DNA from: Smithellaceae bacterium
Lineage (GTDB): Bacteria; Desulfobacterota; Syntrophia; Syntrophales; Smithellaceae
DNA length: 64,000 bases
Assembly: GCA_963667845.2 (NCBI GenBank)
Contig: CAXXVL010000001.1
Coordinates: forward strand, 608,001-672,000
Direction of reading: 5' to 3'
Of the stretch, positions 36,866 through 47,398 are shown in pieces; positions within the stretch are counted from its first letter, which is position 1; every line of letters begins with the position of its first letter. Position numbers and translations under genes: made by a program. The notes under the pieces were generated by a model. The model was given only the letters and a program-made list of their open reading frames with translations, did not search any database and had not been told where the DNA came from.

Positions 36866-38164
36866 CTATTTTTTTGAATTTCCCAATTCCCTGTCCAGAA
36901 TTTCGTTGAACTTTAAAGACGCTTTGCGGTCGCTTAAAATGGAGGTGTGATCGCTTTCGTATGCGAAAGTTTCAACGGCCCCGGCTGTGGCCCGTTCATC
37001 GAGCGCCTTGTTTCCACAGAGCGTGTCGTTATTCCCGTAAAAAATATAGTGTCTGACGCCTTGCGGCAGCTTGCCCGCGAGCGTCGTTTTGATGAAGGGG
37101 CTCTGCGTCCCGAGGTCCACCCAGACGGGGATGCTTTTGTGAGTGATGATCTGCGAGGCGTCGGCGGCGCTGAATCCGCTCCAGGGGGTTGCAAATGTTA
37201 TAAACAATTTTATGAAATGAAGATCGCCGTCTTTGGAAAAACGGGTCAGGAGCGACCGGCCTGTCAGACCGCCCACACTGTGAGCAACCAGGCCCATTTT
37301 CTGAAATCCGTACTTCTGATGGAGTTCGTGCAATTCCTCGTTGAGCAGGGCGGCAGCCAGCGATAGCCGAATGCCGGAAGGGTAGTAAAAAAACCAGGGC
37401 TGGTAGCGGTTGCGGTCCATCCGCAGGTAGAGATAAATCCAGTTCTGCGGGCTTCCTTCCGTTCCGTGAACGAAAAGGACGGGAATCTTTCGGGGGTTGT
37501 ATTCTTCGGTCAAATAAATGTGCGCGCCGAGCGCTTTCAGGAAGGATGACGGCCGCCAGTATCCGGTTTGAGCATTTTCCGCGGAAAAGTATTCATGATA
37601 GATTTTTAATACCTGGCCGTTGTAAGTTACCTGCCGGACGATATCCTTCGCTTTGGGGATTGCGGGTCCCATGGGGAGCGCTGTGGTGGAGCCATTGGGC
37701 CGCTTAGCCGGGATCACGACGCCGGTCACCAGCTCATTTTCGCGGACCGCTATTTCTGCGGGAGAAGAAAACGAGCCGTAGACGCCCGATAGTTCGTCCG
37801 CATCATAGACCCCGTCACGATTGTAATCCGTGAAGCTGTATAGGCGATATCGTCCTTCCGGCAGATAAAGCATGAACGACCCCGACGCATTGACGGCCAG
37901 CCAGTCGGTCAGAGCCCAGTTGACCACAGAAGGTTGAGCGACGATCATTGTAGACGTTTCTTTGGGCGCGCCGGTAATCCGTCCCTTAATCACCGCCGAG
38001 TTATAGACGGGCGCATCGTTCTTGCCTTTCTGAATAAGCGGCCACGATACGACATCGTCCTTTTCCGGGATGGTGAGATAGCTGCAGCCCGTCAGGACCG
38101 GCGGCAGGAGCAAAGCCAGTAAAGTCAGCGTCAACAAAAATAAAGATCCGGCCTGCCTGCTCAT
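36866..38164 (-). CDS. Lipoprotein with C-terminal alpha/beta hydrolase (lipase-like)
   Basis: LTGC lipobox; PVLFVHG, AHSVGG, TPW.G, DHTSIL. Confidence 0.8.
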   Translation of the reverse strand: MSRQAGSLFLLTLTLLALLLPPVLTGCSYLTIPEKDDVVSWPLIQKGKNDAPVYNSAVIKGRITGAPKETSTMIVAQPSVVNWALTDWLAVNASGSFMLYLPEGRYRLYSFTDYNRDGVYDADELSGVYGSFSSPAEIAVRENELVTGVVIPAKRPNGSTTALPMGPAIPKAKDIVRQVTYNGQVLKIYHEYFSAENAQTGYWRPSSFLKALGAHIYLTEEYNPRKIPVLFVHGTEGSPQNWIYLYLRMDRNRYQPWFFYYPSGIRLSLAAALLNEELHELHQKYGFQKMGLVAHSVGGLTGRSLLTRFSKDGDLHFIKLFITFATPWSGFSAADASQIITHKSIPVWVDLGTQSPFIKTTLAGKLPQGVRHYIFYGNNDTLCGNKALDERATAGAVETFAYESDHTSILSDRKASLKFNEILDRELGNSKK

Positions 38165-39294
38165 TCCTCTTTACCCAACCTTTCCAGGTATTCGACGGTT
38201 TTTTGTTGATTTCTCTGCCTGGCCAGATCGAGGGCGTTTTCACCCGCCGCATTTTTCAAGGTGATATTCGCCCGGTGCTCCACAAGGAAGGCAACCATAC
38301 TGTCCGACCCATATTTTGCGGCGAGCATGACCGGCGTAAACCCCTCGCTGTCTTGAAGATTGACCCGGCCTTTCTTCCGGACGAGGAGCACGACGATGTC
38401 CGGAAGGTCGTATAAAGCGGCAAGATGCAGAGCCGTCTGGCCCTGACTGTCAGAGAGGTTGACGTCCTGCGGTTTTGTCAGCAGGAAAGCGGCAAGCGAT
38501 GCCTGGCGGCTTTGAATGCTTTTCATCAGCGGTGTTTCGCCCCTGGCATCCTGGTCATTGAGCGATGCACCGCGGTCGATCAACAATTGTGCATTGGTTT
38601 GATCACCCTGCCTCGCCGCCAGATGAAGCGGTGTTCTGCCTTTTTGGTCTTTGAGTGCCACAGCGGCTTTCCGGTTGATGAGCAGCGTGGCAACATCATA
38701 AATGCGGTAATCGAGGGCCAGATGCAGTGCTGTTTCACCGAAGCCGTTTTGAAGATCAATGCCTTTCCCCGTGGCGAGTAAAAGCGGGACGCTTTCCCAG
38801 CTTTTGTTGTAGATGCCCCACATTAACGCCGTGTATCCGTGCTTGTCCTGAGCGGCGGGATCGGCGCCGTAGGCGAGCAAAAGGTCAACCAGGTTGGGGC
38901 GCCGCTCATTGATGGCGATCATCAGCGGTGTCGTGCCGTCTTTGTCCTGCTGGTTCACATTTGCTTTCTTCATCAGGAAATATTCAGCCAGGCCTTCATG
39001 ACCATACTGAACGGCATACATCAAACCGGTCCAGCGATAAGAGTCCGCAGCAGAGACGTCTATCATATTTTCTTCCACCAGACGCATGACGGAAGCGATG
39101 TCGCCTTTTCGTGAAGCATCAAAGAACACGCTTCGCGTCACTCCCCGGGCGGATGCTGCATTCCAGTCGGGTTGCCTGATTTGCAGCGCCGAGCAGGCGC
39201 ACAGACACGTAATGATGAACACGAATAGGACATTGATGCTTGCGCCGCGCATGATCGATAAACGCCTCCACAAATAGCTGCACTGCCGGTTCAC
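38161..39294 (-). CDS. Ankyrin-repeat lipoprotein
   Basis: About 9 G.T(P/A)L..A repeats; LCAC lipobox. Start may be ATG 39252. Confidence 0.9.
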   Translation of the reverse strand: MNRQCSYLWRRLSIMRGASINVLFVFIITCLCACSALQIRQPDWNAASARGVTRSVFFDASRKGDIASVMRLVEENMIDVSAADSYRWTGLMYAVQYGHEGLAEYFLMKKANVNQQDKDGTTPLMIAINERRPNLVDLLLAYGADPAAQDKHGYTALMWGIYNKSWESVPLLLATGKGIDLQNGFGETALHLALDYRIYDVATLLINRKAAVALKDQKGRTPLHLAARQGDQTNAQLLIDRGASLNDQDARGETPLMKSIQSRQASLAAFLLTKPQDVNLSDSQGQTALHLAALYDLPDIVVLLVRKKGRVNLQDSEGFTPVMLAAKYGSDSMVAFLVEHRANITLKNAAGENALDLARQRNQQKTVEYLERLGKEE

Positions 39295-39324
39295 ACTTTT
39301 CTACCACGACCCGGCAGTGAATTC

Positions 39325-39422
39325 AATCCCGCTGTTGCAAGACGAGCTTTGATTCTCCGCAGCTTGCTGCGATATAATGACGCTCATTTCATACCTCGAC
39401 AGCTTGCTGCGAAGTGGTTGAT
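39325..39422 (+). repeat. Family B repeat copy 7 (long form)
   Basis: AATCCCGCT…GATTCTCCGCAGCTTGCTGCGATATAATGACGCTCATTTCATACCTCGACAGCTTGCTGCGAAGTGGTTGAT. Confidence 0.9.
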
Positions 39423-39559
39423 CTTGAAGTCGTGAGACATAATAGCCCTTGTCACAAGGCGGGTATTTCCTGTATAAAATGTAAAAGTGCGAGCAATATC
39501 ATCGGGACGAATGAAGAAAATGCTTCGCCGTGATTTTTTCACTCAAGAGGTGCCTTCCC

Positions 39560-39871
39560 ATGACGGATTTATGGACGTATATCGGCAGCTGGTCGGCTCT
39601 GCAGTGGGTGTTGCTTGTCCTCATTGCCGGTTTTATCGGCCAGTTCGGCAAGATGCTGGCCCAAGCCATTATCACCCGGGTTCGTCTCAAACGCTCCGGA
39701 CAACGTGCCGGGGTGGCGGATCAAAGTTTACGGCAGGAGTCGTCTGCGCCCCCGGTTGTTTCACCCGAAGGACCTCCCGCACTGCCTGCCGTCACCGGAG
39801 ATATTCCGGATAAAAAAGCATTAAAAATTGCGGCCAAGGCCCGGAAGAAAGAAGCAAAGAAAAGAGAATAG
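39560..39871 (+). CDS. Small membrane protein, hypothetical
   Basis: GAGG SD, one TM helix (WVLLVLIAGFIGQFGK), basic tail. Confidence 0.6.
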   Translation: MTDLWTYIGSWSALQWVLLVLIAGFIGQFGKMLAQAIITRVRLKRSGQRAGVADQSLRQESSAPPVVSPEGPPALPAVTGDIPDKKALKIAAKARKKEAKKRE

Positions 39872-40081
39872 ATAATTCCAGCGACGGCTGCCGTCAGATG
39901 ATGGATTTCAACATAGATTCGGCCAGGGGGAATGCTTTCCGGCGCAGGACAGGAAACGGCGGCAGGTTAATGGCAGTAAATGAAAGAAGCAGTGACCGCG
40001 GCGAAGTATCGACGGAGTCGAGGCATAAAATCCGACTTCCGTCCTTGCGGGCCGCCGGGCAAGGATACTGATGACTGCTTA

Positions 40082-41389
40082 TTAAACGGCAGGTTCATGC
40101 TCTTCTGCGGCATGTTTCTTACTGCCTTCGTAGAGTTCATATTCCAGCAGGCGGCATTCGATCTCGCCGTTGTAGAAGGTGAGCCGTCTCTTTGTGCGTA
40201 AACCCACTTTCTTGATCAGTTCGAAATTGCCCGTGAAAATATAGCCGTGATAGCCCCGGCTGATGCCTTTGAAAAAATCGCCGCACTTCTCATAAAGCGC
40301 TTCGAGGCGCTGCAGAGCGCCTCCTGCTCCGCCCGGGTGAACGCGATCGGCAGCTCTGCGGATAATGACCTTCTGACCCGGGGCGAGCTCTTGCCTGCGT
40401 TGAGGCTTCAGTGTCTTGATCTTTAAGGGCTCCATACGTTCGCCGTAGGGAGGATTCATTACGATGATACCGCCTCCTCCCGGTGTGGGGGTTTTCTCAA
40501 AAGGACAGACCTTGAATTCAATCAGACGGTCAACGCCCGCTGTCTGCGCATTTTGGCGGGCCGCTTCCACAGCCTTGGGATCGATGTCGGAAGCGATGAT
40601 CGTGGTCGATAGCGTTTTTTGCGATTCATTGCGGGCGTTCCTGCGCATCTCCTGCCAGAGTTCACGGGGAAAATCTTTAATATGCATGAAACCGTAGTTG
40701 CTGCGCCCGAGTCCCGGCGCCCGGTTCAGGGCCAGCAGCGCCGCCTCGATGGCGAGCGTGCCGCTGCCGCACATCGGATTGATAAACGGCGTCCTGCCCT
40801 TCCATCCCGTGGCCAGAATCAAAGCGGCCGCCAGGGTTTCCTGCATCGGAGCCGTAAGCGGTATCTTGCGATATCCCCGCATGGAGAGCCGGTCACCGGA
40901 GGTGTCGATATAGACCATCGCCTGGTCATTGCGCCAGTAAACGTGAATCACAGCCCTGTCTTTTTCCGGTCCCGAATCAGGCCGGATGCCGCCCTTATCC
41001 CGGATTTTGTCCACAATGGCGTCCTTGGCTTTGAGGTTGGCAAAGCGCGAGTCCGTGACCAGAGGGTTATCCACCACGGACGTGACGCAGACATAGGCGC
41101 TCGGGCCGGAATCATAAAGGAGCGTTTCCCAGGGAAGGGCATTAATGCGTTCATAAAGAGCGCCGGGGGAGATGACCTTGAACATCTGCAACTGATAAAG
41201 GACGCGCTGAGCCGTGCGCAAATAAAGATTCAGCCGCATGGTGTCTTCGAGTGTGCCTTCGGTCGAAATTGCGGTATCGATTTCGTGCAGAACCGGAAAC
41301 CCCAACGCCTCGATTTCCGCTTTCAGGTAAGGCGCGACGCCCTTGGGGCAGGTCACCAGAATTCTGTTTTTCTTTTGCCAGATAGACAT
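40082..41389 (-). CDS. THUMP-domain RNA methyltransferase (RlmL/YpsC-like)
   Basis: IDTSG..L..RGYR..AP..ETLAA, NPMCGSGT, NPPYGER. Confidence 0.9.
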   Translation of the reverse strand: MSIWQKKNRILVTCPKGVAPYLKAEIEALGFPVLHEIDTAISTEGTLEDTMRLNLYLRTAQRVLYQLQMFKVISPGALYERINALPWETLLYDSGPSAYVCVTSVVDNPLVTDSRFANLKAKDAIVDKIRDKGGIRPDSGPEKDRAVIHVYWRNDQAMVYIDTSGDRLSMRGYRKIPLTAPMQETLAAALILATGWKGRTPFINPMCGSGTLAIEAALLALNRAPGLGRSNYGFMHIKDFPRELWQEMRRNARNESQKTLSTTIIASDIDPKAVEAARQNAQTAGVDRLIEFKVCPFEKTPTPGGGGIIVMNPPYGERMEPLKIKTLKPQRRQELAPGQKVIIRRAADRVHPGGAGGALQRLEALYEKCGDFFKGISRGYHGYIFTGNFELIKKVGLRTKRRLTFYNGEIECRLLEYELYEGSKKHAAEEHEPAV

Positions 41390-41483
41390 GGCCGCTCTTA
41401 ACACACCCCATGGAGCTTCGCAATGCAAATCAAACGCAATGATCCCGAAATGACTGTTAAAGGGTGTTGCAGCAGAATTTTCG

Positions 41484-43490
41484 TCAGGCCGCATCAGTTT
41501 TTGGAGTATTGGCCACAAAGGGCGGCAGCGGGCATTCCAGGGCCAGCGCGATGACTCTGAGGAGTTCCCCTCCCCCGGTTGTCGTCATTTTATCCGCGAA
41601 AGCGCAGTGTGCGCAGGCGTCAATGACCGACTCCCTGATCTTGAAGGAGGCATCACCCAGGTGAGTCAGTGCACCGTTCACCTGTTCATAAGAAATATTT
41701 TCCTCAAAAGGAAAATCGGGCCGTAGTTTTGCCAGCTCCGGGATTCTGGCGAGTCCCACGCGAAAAGCATTCTGGGCCTGTATCCTGTCGCCCGGGTGTC
41801 CGGTTGAGGCCAGCGACCCGAGCAGGTTAATGACATCCAGCCCAACCTTGGAATAAGAAAACAGACTGATGCTTCGGAAAAGATTTTCAGAAGGGTTCAG
41901 ATACCTGTCGATGATCCACAAAACGGACAATTCGAAAAGACTCACTTTACCGTCGGCGTTCACAAAAGAACGCAGGATCAATAAAAAATTTCTTTTTTCC
42001 ATGCTCGTCAATCCTCTGAGTGCCGGCATGGCGAGTTCGATGAGCGGCAGACGGAGGTCGTGATTCAGGCCCGACAGCTGCCGGGCCATTGCCGGAACGC
42101 TGTCGATCTGGCCTTGCAGGATCATGACTCTACAAAGGGCGGAAACCTGGATTTCGCGGCACGCCGCGTCATTGTCCATCAAGAGTGCATAGATCACGCA
42201 AGCTGCACCCTGAGGTGTTTTAACGGCAGCGGTGATTTCACCGGGTATGGCCGAAAGCAAGGTCCGGCTGTGCTCGACGTGTTCGGGCGACGGTCGGCCG
42301 ACCTGCATCACGACCTCTGAGGGGCGAGCGGCGCGCAGCGGCGATCCCGGCGGAATCCGAAGCGATGTACCCGCGAGAGCAGTCCCCCAGAAGGGAGATA
42401 AATATTCCGGCCGCGCTGTCGGAGCGTCTTCTTCCAGTTTGATGAATTTACCGTCAAACGACGGATCCAAAAGCCGGATGCGGTCGATAAGCGGCGGATG
42501 CGTGGCGAGAAATGAAAACAGCAGGCTTTGGCGACTTTCAGAGAAAAACAGGTGGCTGGCCTGTTCGGCCTCAGGCGAGGTAATGCTCGAACCGAAACTG
42601 GATGCGCCGATTTTCTTCAGAGCGCCCGCGAGTCCCAGAGGGTTGCGGGTAAACTGAACCGCGGAGGCGTCGGCGAGGAATTCCCTCTGCCGCGATATCG
42701 CGCACTGCATCAGCCTTCCCATAAACGTTCCGATATAACCGATCACCATCAGGCTGACTCCTCCCGCGATGACCGGAAGACCCATCCGGAAAGAAAGGCG
42801 TCCCTGGGAGACGATTTTCTGTCCGACGATCCCCATAAACAAGATGCCGAAAAGGATACCGATCAGCTGAACGTTGAGCCGGGAGTCGCCGTTCAGAAGG
42901 TGGCTGAACTCATGACCGATGACGCCCTGCAGTTCATCGCGGGTGAGCTTGGTGAGCGCCCCGCGGGTCACCGCCACGGCCGCATCGGAAAGCTCGAGAC
43001 CGGCGGCAAAGGCGTTGATATTCCGTTCTCCATCCAGGACATAAACCTGCGGAACGGGAATGCCGGAAGCGATGGCCATTTCTTCAACCACGTTGACGAG
43101 ACGCCGCTCGGCGGGGTCGGATATAGAGCCGCCGATCCTGCGCCCGCCCAGCATTTCGGCAACGGCACCGCCGCCTTTCTTGAGTGTGCTCATCTTCATC
43201 AGGCTGGCAGCGAGAATGACCATGATAATGATCATGGCCCCAAACAGGAAAAAAGCCGGGTCAAAAAACGTGAAGTCGGTGAGTCTCCGATGGTATCCGT
43301 GCGACTGACCGGCATCAAAGGAGGTATAGGCCTGCGTACCGATATACAAGTACCAGACGAACCGGATCGCCAGAGTCGTGACCAGTACAATAACGGCCAC
43401 CGCAAGAACAAACCCGGTGATCTGATTGCGGCAGCTTTTGCGGGCCTCACGTTGCCTCGCAAAAAAATTAGTCGGACGGTTTGTGGTCAT
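41484..43490 (-). CDS. M48 (HtpX-like) metallopeptidase
   Basis: NVVEEMAIASG, INAFA, HEFSH, SRQREFLADA, THPP. Adjacent to lemA. Confidence 0.9.
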   Translation of the reverse strand: MTTNRPTNFFARQREARKSCRNQITGFVLAVAVIVLVTTLAIRFVWYLYIGTQAYTSFDAGQSHGYHRRLTDFTFFDPAFFLFGAMIIIMVILAASLMKMSTLKKGGGAVAEMLGGRRIGGSISDPAERRLVNVVEEMAIASGIPVPQVYVLDGERNINAFAAGLELSDAAVAVTRGALTKLTRDELQGVIGHEFSHLLNGDSRLNVQLIGILFGILFMGIVGQKIVSQGRLSFRMGLPVIAGGVSLMVIGYIGTFMGRLMQCAISRQREFLADASAVQFTRNPLGLAGALKKIGASSFGSSITSPEAEQASHLFFSESRQSLLFSFLATHPPLIDRIRLLDPSFDGKFIKLEEDAPTARPEYLSPFWGTALAGTSLRIPPGSPLRAARPSEVVMQVGRPSPEHVEHSRTLLSAIPGEITAAVKTPQGAACVIYALLMDNDAACREIQVSALCRVMILQGQIDSVPAMARQLSGLNHDLRLPLIELAMPALRGLTSMEKRNFLLILRSFVNADGKVSLFELSVLWIIDRYLNPSENLFRSISLFSYSKVGLDVINLLGSLASTGHPGDRIQAQNAFRVGLARIPELAKLRPDFPFEENISYEQVNGALTHLGDASFKIRESVIDACAHCAFADKMTTTGGGELLRVIALALECPLPPFVANTPKTDAA

Positions 43491-43521
43491 CTAAATCATA
43501 AATCGCGGATTTGGCGACTCC

Positions 43522-44115
43522 TCAGGTAAACGAAACTTTGGGCGCCTGTCGCTCTTCGGCTTTTTCCACGGCTTCCAGGAGGGAGGCCGCTTTGAAGTCA
43601 AAGGTCGAGGAGATGACATTGTTGGGGAATTGTTCACGACTGATGTTGTACTCGGTCACGGCGTCGTTGTAGGCCTGCCTGGCGAAACTGATCTTGTTTT
43701 CCGTGGAGGTCAGTTCTTCCATCAAGTCGCTGATGGTTTTATTGGCTTTTAAGTCGGGGTAGGATTCCACGACGGCCAGGAGTCGGGAAAGCACGCCGGC
43801 AAGCGACCCTTCGGCCTGGGCCAGTCCCGCCATGGCTGCGGCATTGCCCGGAGAGGCCGCGGCAATTTTGCTCGCGTCAAAGGCCGTGTTGCGCGCCCGG
43901 ATGACCTCTTCCATTGTTCCGCGTTCATGCGCCAGATATCCCTTGGCCGATTCGACCAGATTGGGAATCAGATCATAACGGCGTTTCAACTGAATATCGA
44001 TCTGTGTGTAGGCATTCATGTAAAGATTGCGAAGTGAAATCAGAGTATTGTAGATTCCGACCAAATAAAAAGCGACGGCAGCAATGATGACGACCAGAAC
44101 GATCAATGGAATCAT
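43522..44115 (-). CDS. lemA: LemA family protein
   Basis: QLKRRYDLIPNLV, YPDLKA, TENKI.FARQ.YN. Confidence 0.95.
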   Translation of the reverse strand: MIPLIVLVVIIAAVAFYLVGIYNTLISLRNLYMNAYTQIDIQLKRRYDLIPNLVESAKGYLAHERGTMEEVIRARNTAFDASKIAAASPGNAAAMAGLAQAEGSLAGVLSRLLAVVESYPDLKANKTISDLMEELTSTENKISFARQAYNDAVTEYNISREQFPNNVISSTFDFKAASLLEAVEKAEERQAPKVSFT

Positions 44116-44170
44116 TTTTCCCCCCTTGTTTAGAACGCATGACGGCGTCTGTTAGTGAGATAGTATCGGT

Positions 44171-45325
44171 TCAGCTTTTATTTTTCTTGAGGCCGTCTGT
44201 AATCACCAGATTGTCGCGATGAATCACTTCATCATAATCCTTGTGACCCAGGACGGAAAATATCTGAGGTGTCTTCAAACCGAGGATTTTGCGGATGTCG
44301 CCTGAGGAATAATTGACGAGCCCCTTGGCGAGCGGATTGCCCGCGCTGTCGACGCAGGCGACGGGATCGCCCGTGTCAAACTCTCCTTCGACTGCCGTAA
44401 TTCCTGAAGGCAGCAGGCTTTTGCCTTTTTCCAACAGGGCTTTTTTTGCGCCCTCATCGATCACCAGCCGGCCGCGGGGGCGGAGTGTAAACGCGATCCA
44501 GTATTTCCGGCTCGCCAGGCGGGAGGCCCGCGGCAAGAACAGCGTGCCGATGTCTTTGCCCGCCATGATATCCGAAAGGACTTTCTTTCTTTTGCCCGGA
44601 GCGATGATGCAGGGAATGCCGATGGACGTGACTTTCTGGGCTGCCATGATTTTGCTCTTCATGCCGCCGGTGCCGACGGAGGACGTCTCGGACGTTGCCG
44701 CCGCTTCAATCTCTTCGGTGATTTCGCAAACGAGCCCAATCAGCTTGGCCTTTTTGAACTGCGCCGGATTGCAGTCGAAGAGCCCGTCGGTTGCCGTTAA
44801 ATTGATAAATAAATCCGCCTCGATGATATTGGCGATCATCGCAGCGAGGTTATCGTTGTCGCCGAATTTGATTTCATCCACGGCAACGGAGTCGTTTTCA
44901 TTGATGATCGGCGTGATATGCCAGTCCATCAGGGTCGAGAGCGTGTTGCGGATGTTGAGGTAGCGCTGCCGGTCCGTCAGGTCCGCAAGGGTGAGCAGGA
45001 GCTGGCCGACGTAGAGGTTGTTTCTTTCAAAGGCTTTGGAATAGACACGCATGAGCCGGCTCTGGCCGATGGCGGCGGCCGCCTGCTTTTCGGGAATGCT
45101 TTTCAGTTTGTCCGTAATGCCCAGGCGGTGTTTACCCGAGGCAATCGCTCCGGAGGTAACGAGCACGATCGAGAATCCGCGGCGCGTCAGATCGCACATT
45201 TCCTGCGCCAGGGCGTCGATGATTTTCAGGTCCAGGCCGTCGGCGCCGGTCAGCACCGCAGAACCGATTTTGATGAGGATTTTCTTTACCGGGGCGAGCG
45301 TTTCCAGACGGCTATTATGATTCAT
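44171..45325 (-). CDS. proB: Glutamate 5-kinase
   Basis: KIGS, VTSGA, INENDSV…FGDND, GTGGM.SK, PUA domain. Confidence 0.97.
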   Translation of the reverse strand: MNHNSRLETLAPVKKILIKIGSAVLTGADGLDLKIIDALAQEMCDLTRRGFSIVLVTSGAIASGKHRLGITDKLKSIPEKQAAAAIGQSRLMRVYSKAFERNNLYVGQLLLTLADLTDRQRYLNIRNTLSTLMDWHITPIINENDSVAVDEIKFGDNDNLAAMIANIIEADLFINLTATDGLFDCNPAQFKKAKLIGLVCEITEEIEAAATSETSSVGTGGMKSKIMAAQKVTSIGIPCIIAPGKRKKVLSDIMAGKDIGTLFLPRASRLASRKYWIAFTLRPRGRLVIDEGAKKALLEKGKSLLPSGITAVEGEFDTGDPVACVDSAGNPLAKGLVNYSSGDIRKILGLKTPQIFSVLGHKDYDEVIHRDNLVITDGLKKNKS

Positions 45326-46338
45326 GTCTCATCGGGTGTTGTGCTGTTTAAGAGGGTCACAATCTTTCTTAAAATGTCCTGCAATCCTTCGCCTGTGGCA
45401 GCGGAAAACGGATACAGCATTATCCCTTTTTTTGCAAATTGCGCAACTGATTTTTTGACTTTTTCCCGCACCACGGGCAGATCAATCTTATTGAGGCAGA
45501 CCACCTGGGGCTTGGCGAGTAACTGCGGACTGTAGAGCCCCAGTTCTTTATTGATCGCCGTGAAATTTTTCCAGGCGCTGGTGTTGGGTTCTTCGGAAAT
45601 ATCAATCAGGTGCAGGAGAATGGAAGTCCGTTCCACGTGGCGCAGAAACTGAATGCCCATGCCCAGGCCTTCATGGGCGCCGGCAATCAGGCCGGGGATA
45701 TCCGCCACAACGAAACTGGGGCTCTCTCCGAATTTGACCACGCCCAGATGCGGCGTGAGCGTTGTAAAGGGATAGTCGGCAATTTTGGGATGGGCCGCCG
45801 AGACCCGCGAGATAAACGTCGATTTGCCGGCATTGGGAAAACCGATGAGTCCCACATCCGCCAGCAGCTTGAGCTCCAGTTTGAGCCAGCGTTCCTCGCC
45901 CTCCATGCCTTCCTGAGCAAAACGCGGTGTCTGGTGCGTGGACGTCTTGAAGTGGGCGTTGCCCTTGCCGCCGATGCCGCCTTTGGCCACGATAAAGGTT
46001 TGTCCCAGCTGGGCAAGATCGACCAGGATTTCTCCGGTTTCAAAATCTTTAACAACGGTTCCGGGCGGAACAATCACTTCCAGATCCTCTGCGCTGCGGC
46101 CGGTGCGGTTGTTGCCGGAACCATGTCCGCCGTTCTTGGCGATTTGATGCTGCTGGTATTTCAAATCCAGGAGGGTATGGTGACTCTCGGCAGCGCGGAA
46201 AATGACGTCGCCGCCCTTGCCGCCGTCGCCGCCGTCGGGACCGCCTTTGGCAATAAACTTCTCCCGCCGGAAACTGATGCTGCCCGGTCCGCCGTGTCCG
46301 GCCTTGACATATATTTTTGCTTCATCAACAAATTTCAT
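45322..46338 (-). CDS. obgE: GTPase Obg/CgtA
   Basis: FRREK..GGPDGGDGG, G.PNAGKS, DYPFTT, DIPG, NKID. Confidence 0.98.
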   Translation of the reverse strand: MKFVDEAKIYVKAGHGGPGSISFRREKFIAKGGPDGGDGGKGGDVIFRAAESHHTLLDLKYQQHQIAKNGGHGSGNNRTGRSAEDLEVIVPPGTVVKDFETGEILVDLAQLGQTFIVAKGGIGGKGNAHFKTSTHQTPRFAQEGMEGEERWLKLELKLLADVGLIGFPNAGKSTFISRVSAAHPKIADYPFTTLTPHLGVVKFGESPSFVVADIPGLIAGAHEGLGMGIQFLRHVERTSILLHLIDISEEPNTSAWKNFTAINKELGLYSPQLLAKPQVVCLNKIDLPVVREKVKKSVAQFAKKGIMLYPFSAATGEGLQDILRKIVTLLNSTTPDET

Positions 46339-46380
46339 AAGAAAAAACGCTTTCCCTAACGATCAGGAGAGATCGTGTCA

Positions 46381-46496
46381 ATTTTCTATCCAAAGTATAA
46401 CGCGGCGCAGACGAGCAGCCCCCGCAGGCGTATCTAGCAAATACATTGAGGAGGGCAGGGGAACTGACAATAAAATTTATACGCTGGAGAGGAAAT
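46381..46496. repeat. Degenerate palindromic element related to family A
   Basis: Outer IR TTTCTATCCAAAGTATAA/TTATACGCTGGAGAGGAAA. Inner GCAGGCGTA…TACATTGAG resembles the reverse complement of the family A core. Confidence 0.5.
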
Positions 46497-46500
46497 CTTC

Positions 46501-46539
46501 AAAAAAAATAAAAAGGCGCTTATTGTCTAAGCGCCTTTT
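46501..46539 (-). terminator. Rho-independent terminator after rplU-rpmA
   Basis: AAAAGGCGCTTA/TAAGCGCCTTTT stem with a U-tract on the minus strand. Confidence 0.85.
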
Positions 46540-46562
46540 GTGCTTTCTACTTTCGCTGCGGT

Positions 46563-46820
46563 TTAGGCCGCCGCATAGACGCTGACCTTTTTACGGGTCT
46601 TGTCGAGCCGCTCGTACTTAACGACGCCGTTGATGAGCGCAAACAATGTAAAATCTTTGCCCAGGCCCACGTTGTTGCCCGGATGAATTTTTGTGCCTAC
46701 CTGCCGCACGATAATGGATCCCGCGTGAATCTGCTCACCGCCATATACTTTGACGCCGCGTCGCTGCGAATTGGAGTCTCTACCGTTGCGGGAGCTTCCC
46801 TGACCTTTTTTATGTGCCAT
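46563..46820 (-). CDS. rpmA: 50S ribosomal protein L27
   Basis: [15 protein letters not shown]…RQ.GTK.HPG.NVG. Confidence 0.99.
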   Translation of the reverse strand: MAHKKGQGSSRNGRDSNSQRRGVKVYGGEQIHAGSIIVRQVGTKIHPGNNVGLGKDFTLFALINGVVKYERLDKTRKKVSVYAAA

Positions 46821-46832
46821 GATGTCCTCCGC

Positions 46833-47144
46833 TTATATCGAAATCTTCTTTATTTTCATGCTGGTTAGTTCCTGACGATGGCCGGTCTTCTTTTTGTAGC
46901 CCTTGCGCTTCTTAAATTTGCCGATCAGCAGTTTGGGGCCTTTGGTCTGGGTAACGATTTCCCCCACCACCTGCGCGCCTTCCACAAAAGGTTTGCCGAT
47001 TTTAACGGTGTCGCCACCGGATACCATCAGAACTTCATTGAAAACAACTTCGGTTCCCTTGTCGCCGGCGAGTTTTTCTACGGATAAAACATCGCCTTCG
47101 CTGACCTTGTGTTGTTTAGCTCCTGTTTTTATGATTGCGTACAT
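46833..47144 (-). CDS. rplU: 50S ribosomal protein L21
   Basis: [12 protein letters not shown]…GHRQ. Confidence 0.99.
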   Translation of the reverse strand: MYAIIKTGAKQHKVSEGDVLSVEKLAGDKGTEVVFNEVLMVSGGDTVKIGKPFVEGAQVVGEIVTQTKGPKLLIGKFKKRKGYKKKTGHRQELTSMKIKKISI

Positions 47145-47176
47145 ATCCTTATCCTTAGTTAGCGTTAAGACTGGAG

Positions 47177-47205
47177 CTTATAGACAAATTGTTCCCGTTT
47201 GTCAA
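47177..47205 (-). promoter_or_regulatory. Sigma-70 promoter of rplU
   Basis: TTGACA-17 nt-TATAAG on the minus strand. Confidence 0.7.
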
Positions 47206-47398
47206 TAGAATTTAGCGCTCTTAAATAATATTTTCTTGAGAGACAATCGGGCGTATCTTTGATATACCGATATTGCATTAAGGCGATATTTTAAGATACT
47301 TTTTAGAAACAGAAGGTTCGGCCACAGCGTAAAATGACCGAGATTCTTATGGAATGTTGCGATTCTCTAACTGGAAAGCGCGAGGCAAAGGAACTGAA

